Positions 17,727-27,429 of a stretch of 64,000 bases of DNA are shown in pieces (the stretch's first letter is position 1; each line of letters opens with the position of its first letter). The DNA is taken from the NCBI GenBank assembly GCA_038231275.1, contig JBBRLQ010000007.1, positions 160,001 to 224,000 of the forward strand, read 5' to 3'. The notes below the pieces were generated by a model. That model searched no databases. It was given only the letters and a program-made list of their open reading frames with translations, and was not told the origin of the DNA. This DNA comes from Polyangiales bacterium (GTDB lineage Bacteria; Myxococcota_A; Polyangia; Polyangiales; Polyangiaceae). The translations under genes were made by a program, and so were the position numbers.

Positions 17727-18683
17727 ATGGCGACGGAAGAGGAGCGCATCCAGAGGCTCCGCGCGCGGCTCGGCGTCGCGACGCCGGGGGTGACGCTGGG
17801 GATCGGTGACGACGCAGCGATCCTCGAGCCGCCGCCGGGCCGGCGCCTGGTGTGGACGGTGGACACGCAGGTAGAGGGTGTGCACTTTCGCAGCGCGTGG
17901 CTCGTGAGCGCGAAGGACGCCGGGTACCGCGCCTTCATGGCGGCGGCGAGCGACGTGGCGGCGATGGGCGCGGAGCCGTGGTGCGCGCTCTCCGCGCTGG
18001 AGCTGCCGGCGGATTTGGACGACGCGACGTTCGACGCGCTCGTGAGCGGCCAGCGCGCGGCGGCCGATCGCGTGGGCGCGCCCATCGTCGGCGGAAATCT
18101 CTCGCGCGGGCCCGTGCTCGCGATCACGACGACGGTGCTGGGCGCGGCGACCTTTCCGATCACGCGCGGCGGCGCGAGGGAAGGGGACGGGCTCTGGCTC
18201 TCGGGACCGGTGGGCCTCGCCGCCGCCGGTCTCGCGTCGCTCATGGCGGGCAACGACGATCCGCGTCTCGCCGCTGCGATCGCCGCGTGGCGCTCGCCCG
18301 ACGCGCGGATCGCATCCGGCCGGGCGCTCGCCGGCGTCGCGCACGCGGCGGTCGACGTCTCGGACGGCCTCGCGCGCGACGTCGGTCACGTCGCCACGGC
18401 GAGCGGCGTGCGCGCGATCCTCGACGAGGCGCTCCTCCTCGCCCACGCGGGCGACGCGCTCGCGCAGGCGGCCGAGGCGCTCGGCGTCCCTGCGCTGGAG
18501 CTGGCCCTCTTCGGCGGCGAGGACTACGCGCTCGTCGCGGCGAGCGCGACTCCGCTGCCAGGCTTCACCCGCGTCGGCGAATTCCGCGCGGGTTCAGGCT
18601 TGGGTCTACGGGGCAAGAGCGGCGAGACCGAGCTCGCCCCTCGCGGCTTCGATCACTTCGCCGAGCGAACCGCCAGAGGCTAA
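17727..18683 (+). CDS. thiL: Thiamine-monophosphate kinase
   Basis: GIGDDAA, SDVAAMGA, VGGNLS, DVSDGL and GGEDY motifs. Confidence 0.93.
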   Translation: MATEEERIQRLRARLGVATPGVTLGIGDDAAILEPPPGRRLVWTVDTQVEGVHFRSAWLVSAKDAGYRAFMAAASDVAAMGAEPWCALSALELPADLDDATFDALVSGQRAAADRVGAPIVGGNLSRGPVLAITTTVLGAATFPITRGGAREGDGLWLSGPVGLAAAGLASLMAGNDDPRLAAAIAAWRSPDARIASGRALAGVAHAAVDVSDGLARDVGHVATASGVRAILDEALLLAHAGDALAQAAEALGVPALELALFGGEDYALVAASATPLPGFTRVGEFRAGSGLGLRGKSGETELAPRGFDHFAERTARG

Positions 18684-19117
18684 ATCCCCGCGCAGAGCGC
18701 CGGGAGGTTCTTCACCAGCTTGAGGAGCGGACGCAGCGCGTTGAGCTCCGGCGCGTTGGGGTTCGCCTTGAGCTGCGCCGCCGTCGAGTTGCACGTCGTC
18801 ACGGCCTGCATCATCTCCGGCGGGTTACCGTTCTCTTTTGCCTGCTTCGACAGCGCGCTGCAGCATTGCGCGATGCGACCGATGATCGGATCGACCGGCC
18901 TTCCCCCGCCGCCCGTGTGGTGCCCCGCCTCGGCGGCGTCTACGCCGGAGTCCTCTACGATCGGTTCCAGGACGTTCGGGGCTGCGTCGAACACCACCTG
19001 CGGCGGCTCGGCGTCGACGACGACGGGCTGCGTCTTCTTCGGGCACGCGGCCATCGTGGGGACGATGCCGGCGACGGCGAGCGCAATCAGGGCACGGTGC
19101 AGCAAGGGACGGGTCAT
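18680..19117 (-). CDS. Hypothetical lipoprotein with helical CC..C..C C-terminal domain
   Basis: Lipobox MAAC; high-GC3 frame. Confidence 0.7.
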   Translation of the reverse strand: MTRPLLHRALIALAVAGIVPTMAACPKKTQPVVVDAEPPQVVFDAAPNVLEPIVEDSGVDAAEAGHHTGGGGRPVDPIIGRIAQCCSALSKQAKENGNPPEMMQAVTTCNSTAAQLKANPNAPELNALRPLLKLVKNLPALCAGI

Positions 19118-19246
19118 CGGGAGGGCCTCCGGGGCGTTCGCGGGCAACGATCGATTTTTCTACGCACGGGAACGTACAAGGTTCTCGGAATGACGAGAAA
19201 AGTTTTCGCGAATTTCCGTGCTAACTTCCTCTTCTGGAGGTCTCAC

Positions 19247-20236
19247 GTGAGAAGAACGTCCTCTTGTGACGCCTCGTTCGTGCTCGTGGCGTTGGCGTCG
19301 GCCGCGCTTGGCGCGTGCTCGGGCTCCAAATCGGCCATCGGCTTCGCGGACGACGGCGGATCGAGCGGCGGCAGCAGCGGTTCGAGCGGCGGCAGCAGCG
19401 GTTCGAGCGGGAGCCTGCTCGGAGGTGACGGCGGCACAGGCAGCAGCGGGAGCCCGGGCGCGGGCTGCAGCGAGGCGGCGAAGCTCGTGTACGTCGTCTC
19501 CGACGCCAATGACCTCTACAGCTTTCAGCCCTCCGCCCTCACGTTCACCAAAATCGGTGCGCTCAAGTGCAACGCCGGCAGCGAACAACCCAACTCGATG
19601 GCCGTCGATCGCAGCGGCACCGCGTGGGTCAACTACTCCGACGGCCGCCTGTTCAAGGTGAGCACCGCCGACGCCAGCTGCCAGAGCACCGCGTTCAAGA
19701 CCGGACAGCACGGCTACAAGAAGTTCGGGATGGCCTTCGCCACCGACGCCGCGGGAGGCACCGCCGAGACGCTCTTCGTGAGCGGCATCGTCGACAGCCA
19801 GATCGGCGGATCGCCGCAGGGCCAGGGCGTATCGCGGATCGATCTGAGCACCCTCGGCCTCACCTATATCGGTGATTTTTCCGGCTCGCTCCAGGGCGCG
19901 GGCGCCGAGCTCACGGGCAACGGCGCGGGCAACCTGTTTGGCTTTTTCACGACCGCGCCGGCGCACCTCGCGCAGATCAACAAGGCGAGCGGCGCGACGA
20001 GCTCGGTCATCCCGCTGAACAACGTGAGCACCGGCACCGACTGGGCCTTCTCGTTCTGGGGCGGCGACTTCTGGTTTTATACGGCGGACACGTCGTTCAA
20101 CAAGAGCGACACCACCAACGTCACGCGCCTCAAGGCGGCCACCGACAACTCGCTCAGCGTCGTCAAAGAGCAGATCGGGTTCCGAATCGTCGGCGCCGGC
20201 GTCTCGACGTGCGCGCCTACGACGCCGCCGAAGTGA
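19247..20236 (+). CDS. Hypothetical lipoprotein (Ser/Gly linker, beta-propeller-like domain)
   Basis: GGAGG RBS and GTG start; lipobox LGAC; SMAVDRSG and AFSFWGGDFWFYT segments; ends GAGVSTCAP. Confidence 0.78.
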   Translation: MRRTSSCDASFVLVALASAALGACSGSKSAIGFADDGGSSGGSSGSSGGSSGSSGSLLGGDGGTGSSGSPGAGCSEAAKLVYVVSDANDLYSFQPSALTFTKIGALKCNAGSEQPNSMAVDRSGTAWVNYSDGRLFKVSTADASCQSTAFKTGQHGYKKFGMAFATDAAGGTAETLFVSGIVDSQIGGSPQGQGVSRIDLSTLGLTYIGDFSGSLQGAGAELTGNGAGNLFGFFTTAPAHLAQINKASGATSSVIPLNNVSTGTDWAFSFWGGDFWFYTADTSFNKSDTTNVTRLKAATDNSLSVVKEQIGFRIVGAGVSTCAPTTPPK

Positions 20237-20275
20237 GGCGCGGCCCGCCGACGGAGCGCGGAGCGGTTGGGGGGC

Positions 20276-20602
20276 TCAGGCGGTGGCGTACGTGACGTTG
20301 CCGGTCGCCGCGAGGATGCGCGCGCGCTCGGCGGGGGCGAGATCGTCGAAGACGACTGCGAACCCGGCGCCACCGACCATCGGCGCGCGGCTCACCGTGC
20401 CGTGAACGGAGAGCGCGCCGCCGGGCAAGGTGAGCTCGACCTGCACGCTCGTGCCTTCGCGGACGCTGTGGAACGTCGAGACGAAGACGCCCTCGACGGT
20501 GAGCCCGTTCGCGAGCGCCGCGAAGGCGCGGCCCTCGTGCGGGACTCTCACCTCGACGGCCAGCGCTGACGACTTGGAGCGGGTACCAGAGCTGGTTCTC
20601 AT
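20276..20602 (-). CDS. PilZ-like domain protein
   Basis: GLTVEGVFV...VQVELTLPGG...GTV...GFAVVFDDL PilZ-type strands; RxxxR/DxSxxG motifs degenerate. Confidence 0.7.
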   Translation of the reverse strand: MRTSSGTRSKSSALAVEVRVPHEGRAFAALANGLTVEGVFVSTFHSVREGTSVQVELTLPGGALSVHGTVSRAPMVGGAGFAVVFDDLAPAERARILAATGNVTYATA

Positions 20603-20777
20603 CTTTGTTGTGGAAGCCCTTAAGCAAGGGACAGGCCTCCCGTGTGACCACCCCGCGCGGACGTCCTTTCAAGCAGATAGCCCGCGCCAATCCACGCTTG
20701 CGGACGAAAAAGGGCCTCGTGCTGCAAAAAGTAGCGGGTGATCGCGGGCCCAGGTGCCCGTGTAATGTACACGGGCC

Positions 20778-22136
20778 ATGGCGCAACGCCCCGTCCTCCT
20801 CATCGTCCTGCTCGGCGCGTGTGCGGTGTCGCCGAACCCGCCGTCTTCCCCCGCGGCGCCGTCGACCGCCGCGTCTTCGTCGTCACGCGGGGCCGGTCGC
20901 CGGGCGCCACCTGAGGTCGTCGTGACGGTTGGAGCGGTCGACGCCGCGCGCGCGATCGGGGTCGTGCGCAAGCTCACGTCCTTCGGGACGCGGCATACGT
21001 TGAGCGACACCGCGTCGGCGACGCGCGGGATCGGCGCCGCGCGGCGGTGGCTGAAAGAGGAGCTCGAGAGATCGACCGCGCTCCAGGTCTCGTTCGACGC
21101 GCACACGCTGGACGCCGACGGCGCGCGCGTGCCCAGCGCGATCGAGCTCGTCAACGTGGTCGCTGTCCTTCCCGGTGCGATGCCCGAGGCGAGGGCACGT
21201 CGCTACTACGTCGTCGGTCACTTCGACTCGCGCGTGAACGACGTGATGGACGCAACGAGCGACGCGCCGGGCGCGAACGACGACGCGTCGGGTGTGGCGG
21301 TGGTCCTGGAGGCGGCGCGCGTGATGGCGTCGCACAGGTACGACGCTACGCTCGTCTTCCTGGCGACCGCCGGCGAAGAGCAGGGACTCTACGGCGCAAA
21401 GCTCCACGCCAAGGCCGCGCGCGCGGCGTCGCTCGACGTGCGCGCGGTCTTGAACGACGACATCGTCGGCGATCCGAGCGGCCCCAGCGGTGCGCGTCAC
21501 ACCGGCGCGATCCGCCTCTTCTCCGAGGGCATCCCCGCCGCCGCCGACGTGGCCGAGATCCGCAAGCTCGCCGCCGAGAGCGACTCGCCTTCGCGCGAGC
21601 TCGCCCGGTACGTCGCCGACGTCGCCGCGCAGCACGCGCTCGCCGTCCAGCCGACGCTGATCTTCAGGGCCGATCGCTTCTTGCGCGGCGGCGATCACAC
21701 GGCGTTCAACGAAGTCGGCTACCCGGCGGTTCGCTTCACGACCGTCGAGGAGACGTACGCCCGTCAGCACACGCCGGCGGATCTTCCGGGCGCGGTGGAC
21801 CCGGCGTACCTCGCCAACGTCGCGCGCGTGAACATCGCCGCGCTCGCGCACCTCGCCAACGCACCGCGCCCGCCCGACGCCGCGCGCATCGTGACGGCGG
21901 AGCTCGGCAACGACGTGGTGCTCAGGTGGTCGGCCTGTCCCGAGCCCGACGTCGCCGGCTACGAGATCGTGTGGCGAAGCACGACCGGCGCCACGTGGAC
22001 GCACGCAAAGGACGTCGGCACCGTGCTCGAGGTCCGCCTGCCCATGAGCAAGGACGACTACTTCTACGGTGTGCGCGCCTACGATCGCGACGGCTACGTG
22101 AGCCCGGTGGCGTTCGCCAAGGCGGCGCAAAAATAG
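20778..22136 (+). CDS. M28 family metallopeptidase lipoprotein with C-terminal FN3-like domain
   Basis: Lipobox LGAC; GHFDS, GANDDASG, GEEQGL and GDH motifs; W...GYEI...Y.VRAYD FN3 pattern. Confidence 0.88.
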   Translation: MAQRPVLLIVLLGACAVSPNPPSSPAAPSTAASSSSRGAGRRAPPEVVVTVGAVDAARAIGVVRKLTSFGTRHTLSDTASATRGIGAARRWLKEELERSTALQVSFDAHTLDADGARVPSAIELVNVVAVLPGAMPEARARRYYVVGHFDSRVNDVMDATSDAPGANDDASGVAVVLEAARVMASHRYDATLVFLATAGEEQGLYGAKLHAKAARAASLDVRAVLNDDIVGDPSGPSGARHTGAIRLFSEGIPAAADVAEIRKLAAESDSPSRELARYVADVAAQHALAVQPTLIFRADRFLRGGDHTAFNEVGYPAVRFTTVEETYARQHTPADLPGAVDPAYLANVARVNIAALAHLANAPRPPDAARIVTAELGNDVVLRWSACPEPDVAGYEIVWRSTTGATWTHAKDVGTVLEVRLPMSKDDYFYGVRAYDRDGYVSPVAFAKAAQK

Positions 22137-22204
22137 CCGCGAGTTTGCGCCCGAGGGGTCAACTCCGGCGCGCTTCGTCCGTATGTGAGAGAGGAGTCCT
22201 TCAC

Positions 22205-22543
22205 TTGCAGACGAAGTCCGCGCGCGCTGCCGGTCCTGGGCCCGCACAGAGGTGCGAGGTCGACGCCTCCGATCTGCGCCAGCTCGGCGTCGTTCACGAG
22301 ATCCTCGCCCTCTTGAACGATCCGCGGCAGGGCGCGAAGCCGATCGCAGAGCTCGTTCGTAGGCTGCCGGTCTTGGAGGCGCGTGTGCGACGCGTGCACG
22401 GCCGAAGCGCGCGACTCGACGCCGATCGCCAGCCGCCGTCGATCGCGGCGGCGTTGGCGCTGATCGGCAACCGCGGGTTCGAAGAGATTTTGTTCGAGCT
22501 CCTCGAGGATCTCACGGTCCTCCACTCGAGCCAGGAACGCTGA
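22205..22543 (+). CDS. Small HDOD-like protein
   Basis: GAGGAG RBS then TTG; 'IAELVRRLPVLEARV...SIAAALALIG' resembles the HDOD N-terminal half. Confidence 0.55.
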   Translation: MQTKSARAAGPGPAQRCEVDASDLRQLGVVHEILALLNDPRQGAKPIAELVRRLPVLEARVRRVHGRSARLDADRQPPSIAAALALIGNRGFEEILFELLEDLTVLHSSQER

Positions 22544-22582
22544 CGATCGCCCGTCACCCCCGAGAGGGCCGCGTCCTCGGTC

Positions 22583-24097
22583 TCACTTGGCGACGACCAC
22601 TCGGTTGCGCCCCGCTTGCTTCGCCTGGTAGAGCGCCGCGTCGGCGCGTCCGACGAGCGCCTCGGCGCCGTCCTTGCACTGCGTTCCCTTGACGACCGCG
22701 ACGCCGAAGCTGGCGGTCACCTTGAGCGGCCCCTTCGGCCCCGCGACCTCGGTCCGCTCGAGCGCCGCGCGGATGCGTTCCGCAACGACGCGCGCTCCTT
22801 CGATGTCCGCGCCCGGCAGGATCGCCATGAACTCTTCGCCGCCGTAGCGGGCGGGGACGTCACCGGTGCGCACGCTCTTCTTCAGCACGGCGCCGACCTG
22901 CGCCAAGACGAGATCGCCGGTCTGGTGTCCCCATGTGTCGTTGAATTTCTTGAAGTGGTCGACGTCGCACATGACGACCGCCAGCGGCGCGCCGCTCCGA
23001 TCGGCACGCGCCAGATCGCGTGCGAGGGCTTCGCCGAGGTGTCTGCGGTTCGGGAGGCCGGTCAGCGAGTCGGTCGTCGCGACCTTGCCGAGCTCCACGT
23101 TGGCGGCCGCGAGCTCGTCGGCGAGCGCCTGCTTCTCCTTGAGGAGGCCTTCGAGGCGTTGCACGAGGCGCTCGTAGCCGTGATTGAGCTCCACGAGGCG
23201 CGCGTGGGCGTCGACCGCCAGCGCTTCGAGATCGATCTGCGCGTCGATGGGGCGATTGAAGACCGCCGCCGCAGAGGTCACGAGCTCGGGAACGGCGCGG
23301 AGAAGCCCGTCGATGGCGCTCGCGGCCACGCCGACGTCGGCGAGCGCTTTCTGGGCCTCCTCTCGCGCACGTTCGACGTGTCCGCCCTCCCACGCGCCGG
23401 CGACGCGCTCGGCGGCCCACGCAATCTTCGCCAGGCGCGTCGACGGCGCAACGGGATCGTGGTGGTGAGCAATCGCGTCGACGACCGCCGCGGGAAGCCT
23501 CATCTTCTCCCCGGTGGCCGCGCCGGTCATCGTGTGATCTTCGTAGCCGAACGCGCGCTCGACGACGGTGCGGTGCGCGGCCGGCATGCGGGCCACGTTC
23601 GCGGCCCCTGCGACGTCGCCGCGCGCGCGCGTGAGGATTCCGATCTCGAGAAAGAGGCCCGTCGTGAAGGCGTCGTCGAGCGCTCGCTCTCCGATCGCTT
23701 CGGCGACGAGGCGCGCGGCCACCGCGCGACGGAGCGACGTCGTGAGCAGCACGTTCCCGTCGTCCCCCGTCGGAACCATGTCCCCCACCACGAGCGCCAA
23801 CGCGACGTTCCGCAGCCCGCGCACGCCGAGGAGCGCACACGCGTGCCGTACGTCGGACACGGCCCTCGGGAGACCGTAGGTCGCACTGTTCACCACCGAC
23901 ACGACGCGCGCGGCGAATCCGGGATCGGCCATGGCCAACTTCGAGAGGTCGCCGACCGACACGTCCTCACCCACCGCCTCCTGCACAATGCGGGCGGCGA
24001 TGACGCTGAGCGGCGGCTGGCTCGGGTCCTGGCGCTTTCGTACGCCGTTCAGAGTCGTCGGTTCCCTGGACCACGCGATCGCTTCAGCCGGCTTCAC
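22583..24097 (-). CDS. HDOD + GGDEF diguanylate cyclase
   Basis: DPGFAARV..VNS HDOD motif; DSLTGLPNRR, DVDHFKKFND, RTGD I-site and GGEEF active site. Confidence 0.92.
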   Translation of the reverse strand: MKPAEAIAWSREPTTLNGVRKRQDPSQPPLSVIAARIVQEAVGEDVSVGDLSKLAMADPGFAARVVSVVNSATYGLPRAVSDVRHACALLGVRGLRNVALALVVGDMVPTGDDGNVLLTTSLRRAVAARLVAEAIGERALDDAFTTGLFLEIGILTRARGDVAGAANVARMPAAHRTVVERAFGYEDHTMTGAATGEKMRLPAAVVDAIAHHHDPVAPSTRLAKIAWAAERVAGAWEGGHVERAREEAQKALADVGVAASAIDGLLRAVPELVTSAAAVFNRPIDAQIDLEALAVDAHARLVELNHGYERLVQRLEGLLKEKQALADELAAANVELGKVATTDSLTGLPNRRHLGEALARDLARADRSGAPLAVVMCDVDHFKKFNDTWGHQTGDLVLAQVGAVLKKSVRTGDVPARYGGEEFMAILPGADIEGARVVAERIRAALERTEVAGPKGPLKVTASFGVAVVKGTQCKDGAEALVGRADAALYQAKQAGRNRVVVAK

Positions 24098-24219
24098 ACT
24101 GGGTCAGAACGGCGCAGGCGGGGAAACCCTTAGGGCGACTTCACCCACCGGAGGAGGGCGTTCTCGGCACGACCGCAGAAAACTGGCCCGTTCGTGCATC
24201 CAGTGGCGACGATGGGCGC

Positions 24220-24564
24220 ATGATGACGTACGAGCGCCGTGCCCGCCGATCGAGCTTTCGCCGGGAAGCCCTCGACAACCTGCTCTCCGCCTGCCGCGCC
24301 GGCGCCGATCTCGAGGCCATCGTGCTCTCCGACGCCGTCGGGACCGTCGTAGCCGCGTCGGCCGCGCCGCACGTCGACGCGCGCGTCATCGCGGCGGCCC
24401 TCCCCGACCCCACGCTCATCGCAGGGTGCTCCTTGGTCCGCGCCGTTCGCTTCGTCCACGCGGACGCCACCCTCTACATGGGCGCCGTCGGCGCTGGCCC
24501 TCGCGCCTTCGCGCCCATTCCGGCGGCGATCGAGGGTGCGAAGCGGATCCTCGCGACGACGTAG
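24220..24564 (+). CDS. Roadblock/LC7 (MglB-like) domain protein
   Basis: 114 aa; EAIVLSDAVGTVVAAS roadblock-like motif. Confidence 0.6.
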   Translation: MMTYERRARRSSFRREALDNLLSACRAGADLEAIVLSDAVGTVVAASAAPHVDARVIAAALPDPTLIAGCSLVRAVRFVHADATLYMGAVGAGPRAFAPIPAAIEGAKRILATT

Positions 24565-24632
24565 TCGCGACCGCGGCGGCGTCGGCGCGGGGACGCCGCG
24601 CGCCCTGTCCTCGGTCACGTCGCGTCAAAAAA

Positions 24633-26870
24633 TCAAGCTCGTCGCAGCGCTTCGGCGGTGATGGGAAGCGCGCGGACGCGCTTGCCGCAAGCGGCGTACA
24701 CCGCGTTGGCGACCGCGGGGGCGACGAGCGGCACGGGATGCTCGCCGTACCCTGCCGGCATCCCATCCGGGTTCTCGACGATGACGGTCTCGACGCGCGG
24801 CATCGCGTCGATGCGCAGCACGCGGAAGTCGCCGTAGCCGCTCTGCACGGGGCGGCCGTTCACGAAGTTCATCTTCCCGAGAAGCGTCGCCGAGAGTCCC
24901 CACGCAATGCCGCTCTCGGTCTGGCCTTCGATGCCGAGCGGGTTCAGCGCTGCGCCGCAGTCGACGACGGTGAGCGCTCGCTCCACGCGGAGCTTCGAGA
25001 GGTCTTTCGCCACCGCGACCTCGACGACCATCGCGACGTAGCTATTGCCGCTGTAGACGTTGGCTGCGACCCCACGGCCGACGACCTGGCCTTCGCGCGG
25101 CGCGAGCGGCGTGTTCCAACCGCTCCGCGTGCGCGCGATCTCGAGCACGCGAGCGAGGCGCGCGCGGTCGATTTTGTAGGGACCGATCGCCTTGATTCCG
25201 GGGGGAAGGAGCTCGAGGCGGTACGCGATCGGGTCGACCTTCGCGAGGTGAGCGAGCTCGTCCAAGAACGACTCGCGCGCGAATACGGTGGACGGATACT
25301 CGACCGCGCGCCAAGGGCCGGTCGGAACGGGGCTCGTGACGTCCGCGCAGTCGAGGCGCAGGCTCGCGAGCTCGTAGGGGTTGTCGAACGCGCCCCACGG
25401 CCTCTCGTCGGCGGCGTAGTCGACGGGGCCGCGCTTCGGCGGATCGTGCCAGATGTCCTTGCCTTCGTGGAGCTCGTCGATGGTGAGCGTGGACGCCGTC
25501 GCGTCGTGCACGAGGCCTGTAATGCGGCCGCGCGCGTCGAGGCCGGCGGTGAAGCGCTGCGCAGTAGCCGGTTGGAAATACCCGGAGCGCATGTCGTCGG
25601 CCCGCGAGTAGACGAGCTGCACCGGCTTCTTGGTCGCCACGGAGAGCTCGACGGCCTCGCCCACGAAGTCCGCGTAGAGCCGGCGCCCGAACCCGCCGCC
25701 CATGAGCTCGCAGTGGAGGGTGACCTTCTCCTTCGGGCAGTGTGCGACCTTCGCCGCCATTTCGATCGAGCGCACGTCGGTTTGGGTCGGCGCCCAGACC
25801 TCGACCTCGCCGTTCCTGACGTGGGCGGTACAGTTCATCGTCTCGAGGGAAGCGTGCGCTTGGAACGGATAGACGTACGTGGCCTCGAAGCGCCGCGGCG
25901 CCGCGGCGATCTGTGCTCGTGCGTCGCCTTCGTGGCGCACCTCGACGAGCGTGCCTTTGAACGCGTTGGGCAGTTCTGCGAGGAATCGCTCGGAGTCGAA
26001 TCCATCGATGGGGCTCGCCTCCCATTCGACCTTCAGGGCATCGCGCGCCCGGAGCGCGGTCCATGTATCGATGGCGACGACGGCGACGCCGGGGTGGATG
26101 CCCGCCGAGACGCGGTGTACCCCGAGGACGCCCGGGATCGCGCGCGCGGCCGCGTCATCGACGGATTTGACGCGGCCCCCGAGCGTCGGCGTCCGCATGA
26201 CCGCCGCGAACACCATCCCCGGCACGCGTACGTCCATCCCGTAGCGGACCTTACCGGTGACGATGTCGTGGCCGTTCACGCGCTTCTGCCGCTTGCCGAG
26301 CTTCGTCCACGCCGCCACCGGCTTGAGCGTGGGCGCCGAGGGCACCGGCATCGTGCGGGCGAGCGGGACGAGCTCGCCGTAGCCGAGCGCACGCCCTGTC
26401 GTTGGATGAAGCACGCGCCCTCGCTCGGTGGTGCACGTCGTCGCGTCCACGCGCCATGTCTTCGCTGCTGCTCCGGTCAGCATCTCGCGCGCGGCCGCGC
26501 CGGCGGAGCGGAGCTTCCGGAACGCTTCGCGGCTGCTCCCGCTCCCACCGGTGTGCAGGCGCACGCCGGAGAAACGTGGGCCCGGGATGGCGGTCTCGAT
26601 CGTCACCTGCGCGAGATCGACGTCGAGCTCCTCCGCGAGCATCACGGGCAGCAGCGTGCGTATTCCCTGCCCCATCTCGAGCCGCGTCGCGTAGAGCGTG
26701 ATCGCGCCACTCGCATGGACGCGCAAGTACGCGTTCGGCTCGAACGGAGGCCCGGCGGCGAGCGGGCGCGCGGGCAAGGCGCGATTCGCCGTCGGCGCGC
26801 AGCCGTCGAGCTCGAATGCGATCGTGAGTGCCGCGGCCGCCTCGAACAGTCTTCGCCGGCCGAGCTTCAT
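24633..26870 (-). CDS. Xanthine dehydrogenase family molybdopterin-binding subunit (IorB-like)
   Basis: Tat-like RRRLF; EMGQG, TGGS, MGGGFGRR, WRAV and GYGE motifs. Confidence 0.92.
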   Translation of the reverse strand: MKLGRRRLFEAAAALTIAFELDGCAPTANRALPARPLAAGPPFEPNAYLRVHASGAITLYATRLEMGQGIRTLLPVMLAEELDVDLAQVTIETAIPGPRFSGVRLHTGGSGSSREAFRKLRSAGAAAREMLTGAAAKTWRVDATTCTTERGRVLHPTTGRALGYGELVPLARTMPVPSAPTLKPVAAWTKLGKRQKRVNGHDIVTGKVRYGMDVRVPGMVFAAVMRTPTLGGRVKSVDDAAARAIPGVLGVHRVSAGIHPGVAVVAIDTWTALRARDALKVEWEASPIDGFDSERFLAELPNAFKGTLVEVRHEGDARAQIAAAPRRFEATYVYPFQAHASLETMNCTAHVRNGEVEVWAPTQTDVRSIEMAAKVAHCPKEKVTLHCELMGGGFGRRLYADFVGEAVELSVATKKPVQLVYSRADDMRSGYFQPATAQRFTAGLDARGRITGLVHDATASTLTIDELHEGKDIWHDPPKRGPVDYAADERPWGAFDNPYELASLRLDCADVTSPVPTGPWRAVEYPSTVFARESFLDELAHLAKVDPIAYRLELLPPGIKAIGPYKIDRARLARVLEIARTRSGWNTPLAPREGQVVGRGVAANVYSGNSYVAMVVEVAVAKDLSKLRVERALTVVDCGAALNPLGIEGQTESGIAWGLSATLLGKMNFVNGRPVQSGYGDFRVLRIDAMPRVETVIVENPDGMPAGYGEHPVPLVAPAVANAVYAACGKRVRALPITAEALRRA

Positions 26871-27340
26871 CGCTTGCCCGCCTTCGCGTAGCTCGCGGCA
26901 ATCTTCACCGCGCGTCGCAGGCGATCATAGGTTCCGCATCGGCACACGTGCCCGCCGAGCGCCTCGTCGATGTCCGCGTCGGTCGGCGCGGGCTTCGCGC
27001 GGAGGAGCGCGGCCGTCTCCAGGATCATTCCGGCCTGGCAGAAGCCGCACTGCGCGACGTCCTCCTCGAGCCACGCGCGTTGACAGGGGTGGTCCGCGCG
27101 CTCCGAGAGCCCCTCGATCGTCGTGTAGGCATGGCCCGCGGCGTCTGCGATCGTGACCATGCAGCCACGCACGGCCTGTTCTCCCTCGAGGACCGTGCAT
27201 GCGCCGCACTCGCCGACGCCGCACCCGAAGCGCGTGCCGAAGAGGCCCAGGCGATCGCGTAAGACCCACAGGAGCGGCATCTGCGCGTCCGCGTCGATCT
27301 CGTGCGACGCTCCGTTTACCGTGAGGCGGAAGACCGGCAT
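26867..27340 (-). CDS. 2x[2Fe-2S] subunit (IorA-like)
   Basis: CGVGECGAC, QCGFC and CRCGTY motifs; overlaps the large-subunit start. Confidence 0.93.
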   Translation of the reverse strand: MPVFRLTVNGASHEIDADAQMPLLWVLRDRLGLFGTRFGCGVGECGACTVLEGEQAVRGCMVTIADAAGHAYTTIEGLSERADHPCQRAWLEEDVAQCGFCQAGMILETAALLRAKPAPTDADIDEALGGHVCRCGTYDRLRRAVKIAASYAKAGKR

Positions 27341-27429
27341 GCCCCGAAGGCTCGCCCAGCCGCCCTCGCCGCGCAATCGCCGACGGTCACCGGATTGCGC
27401 CAGCTTCACCTCACGAGCTGCGGGGAAGC

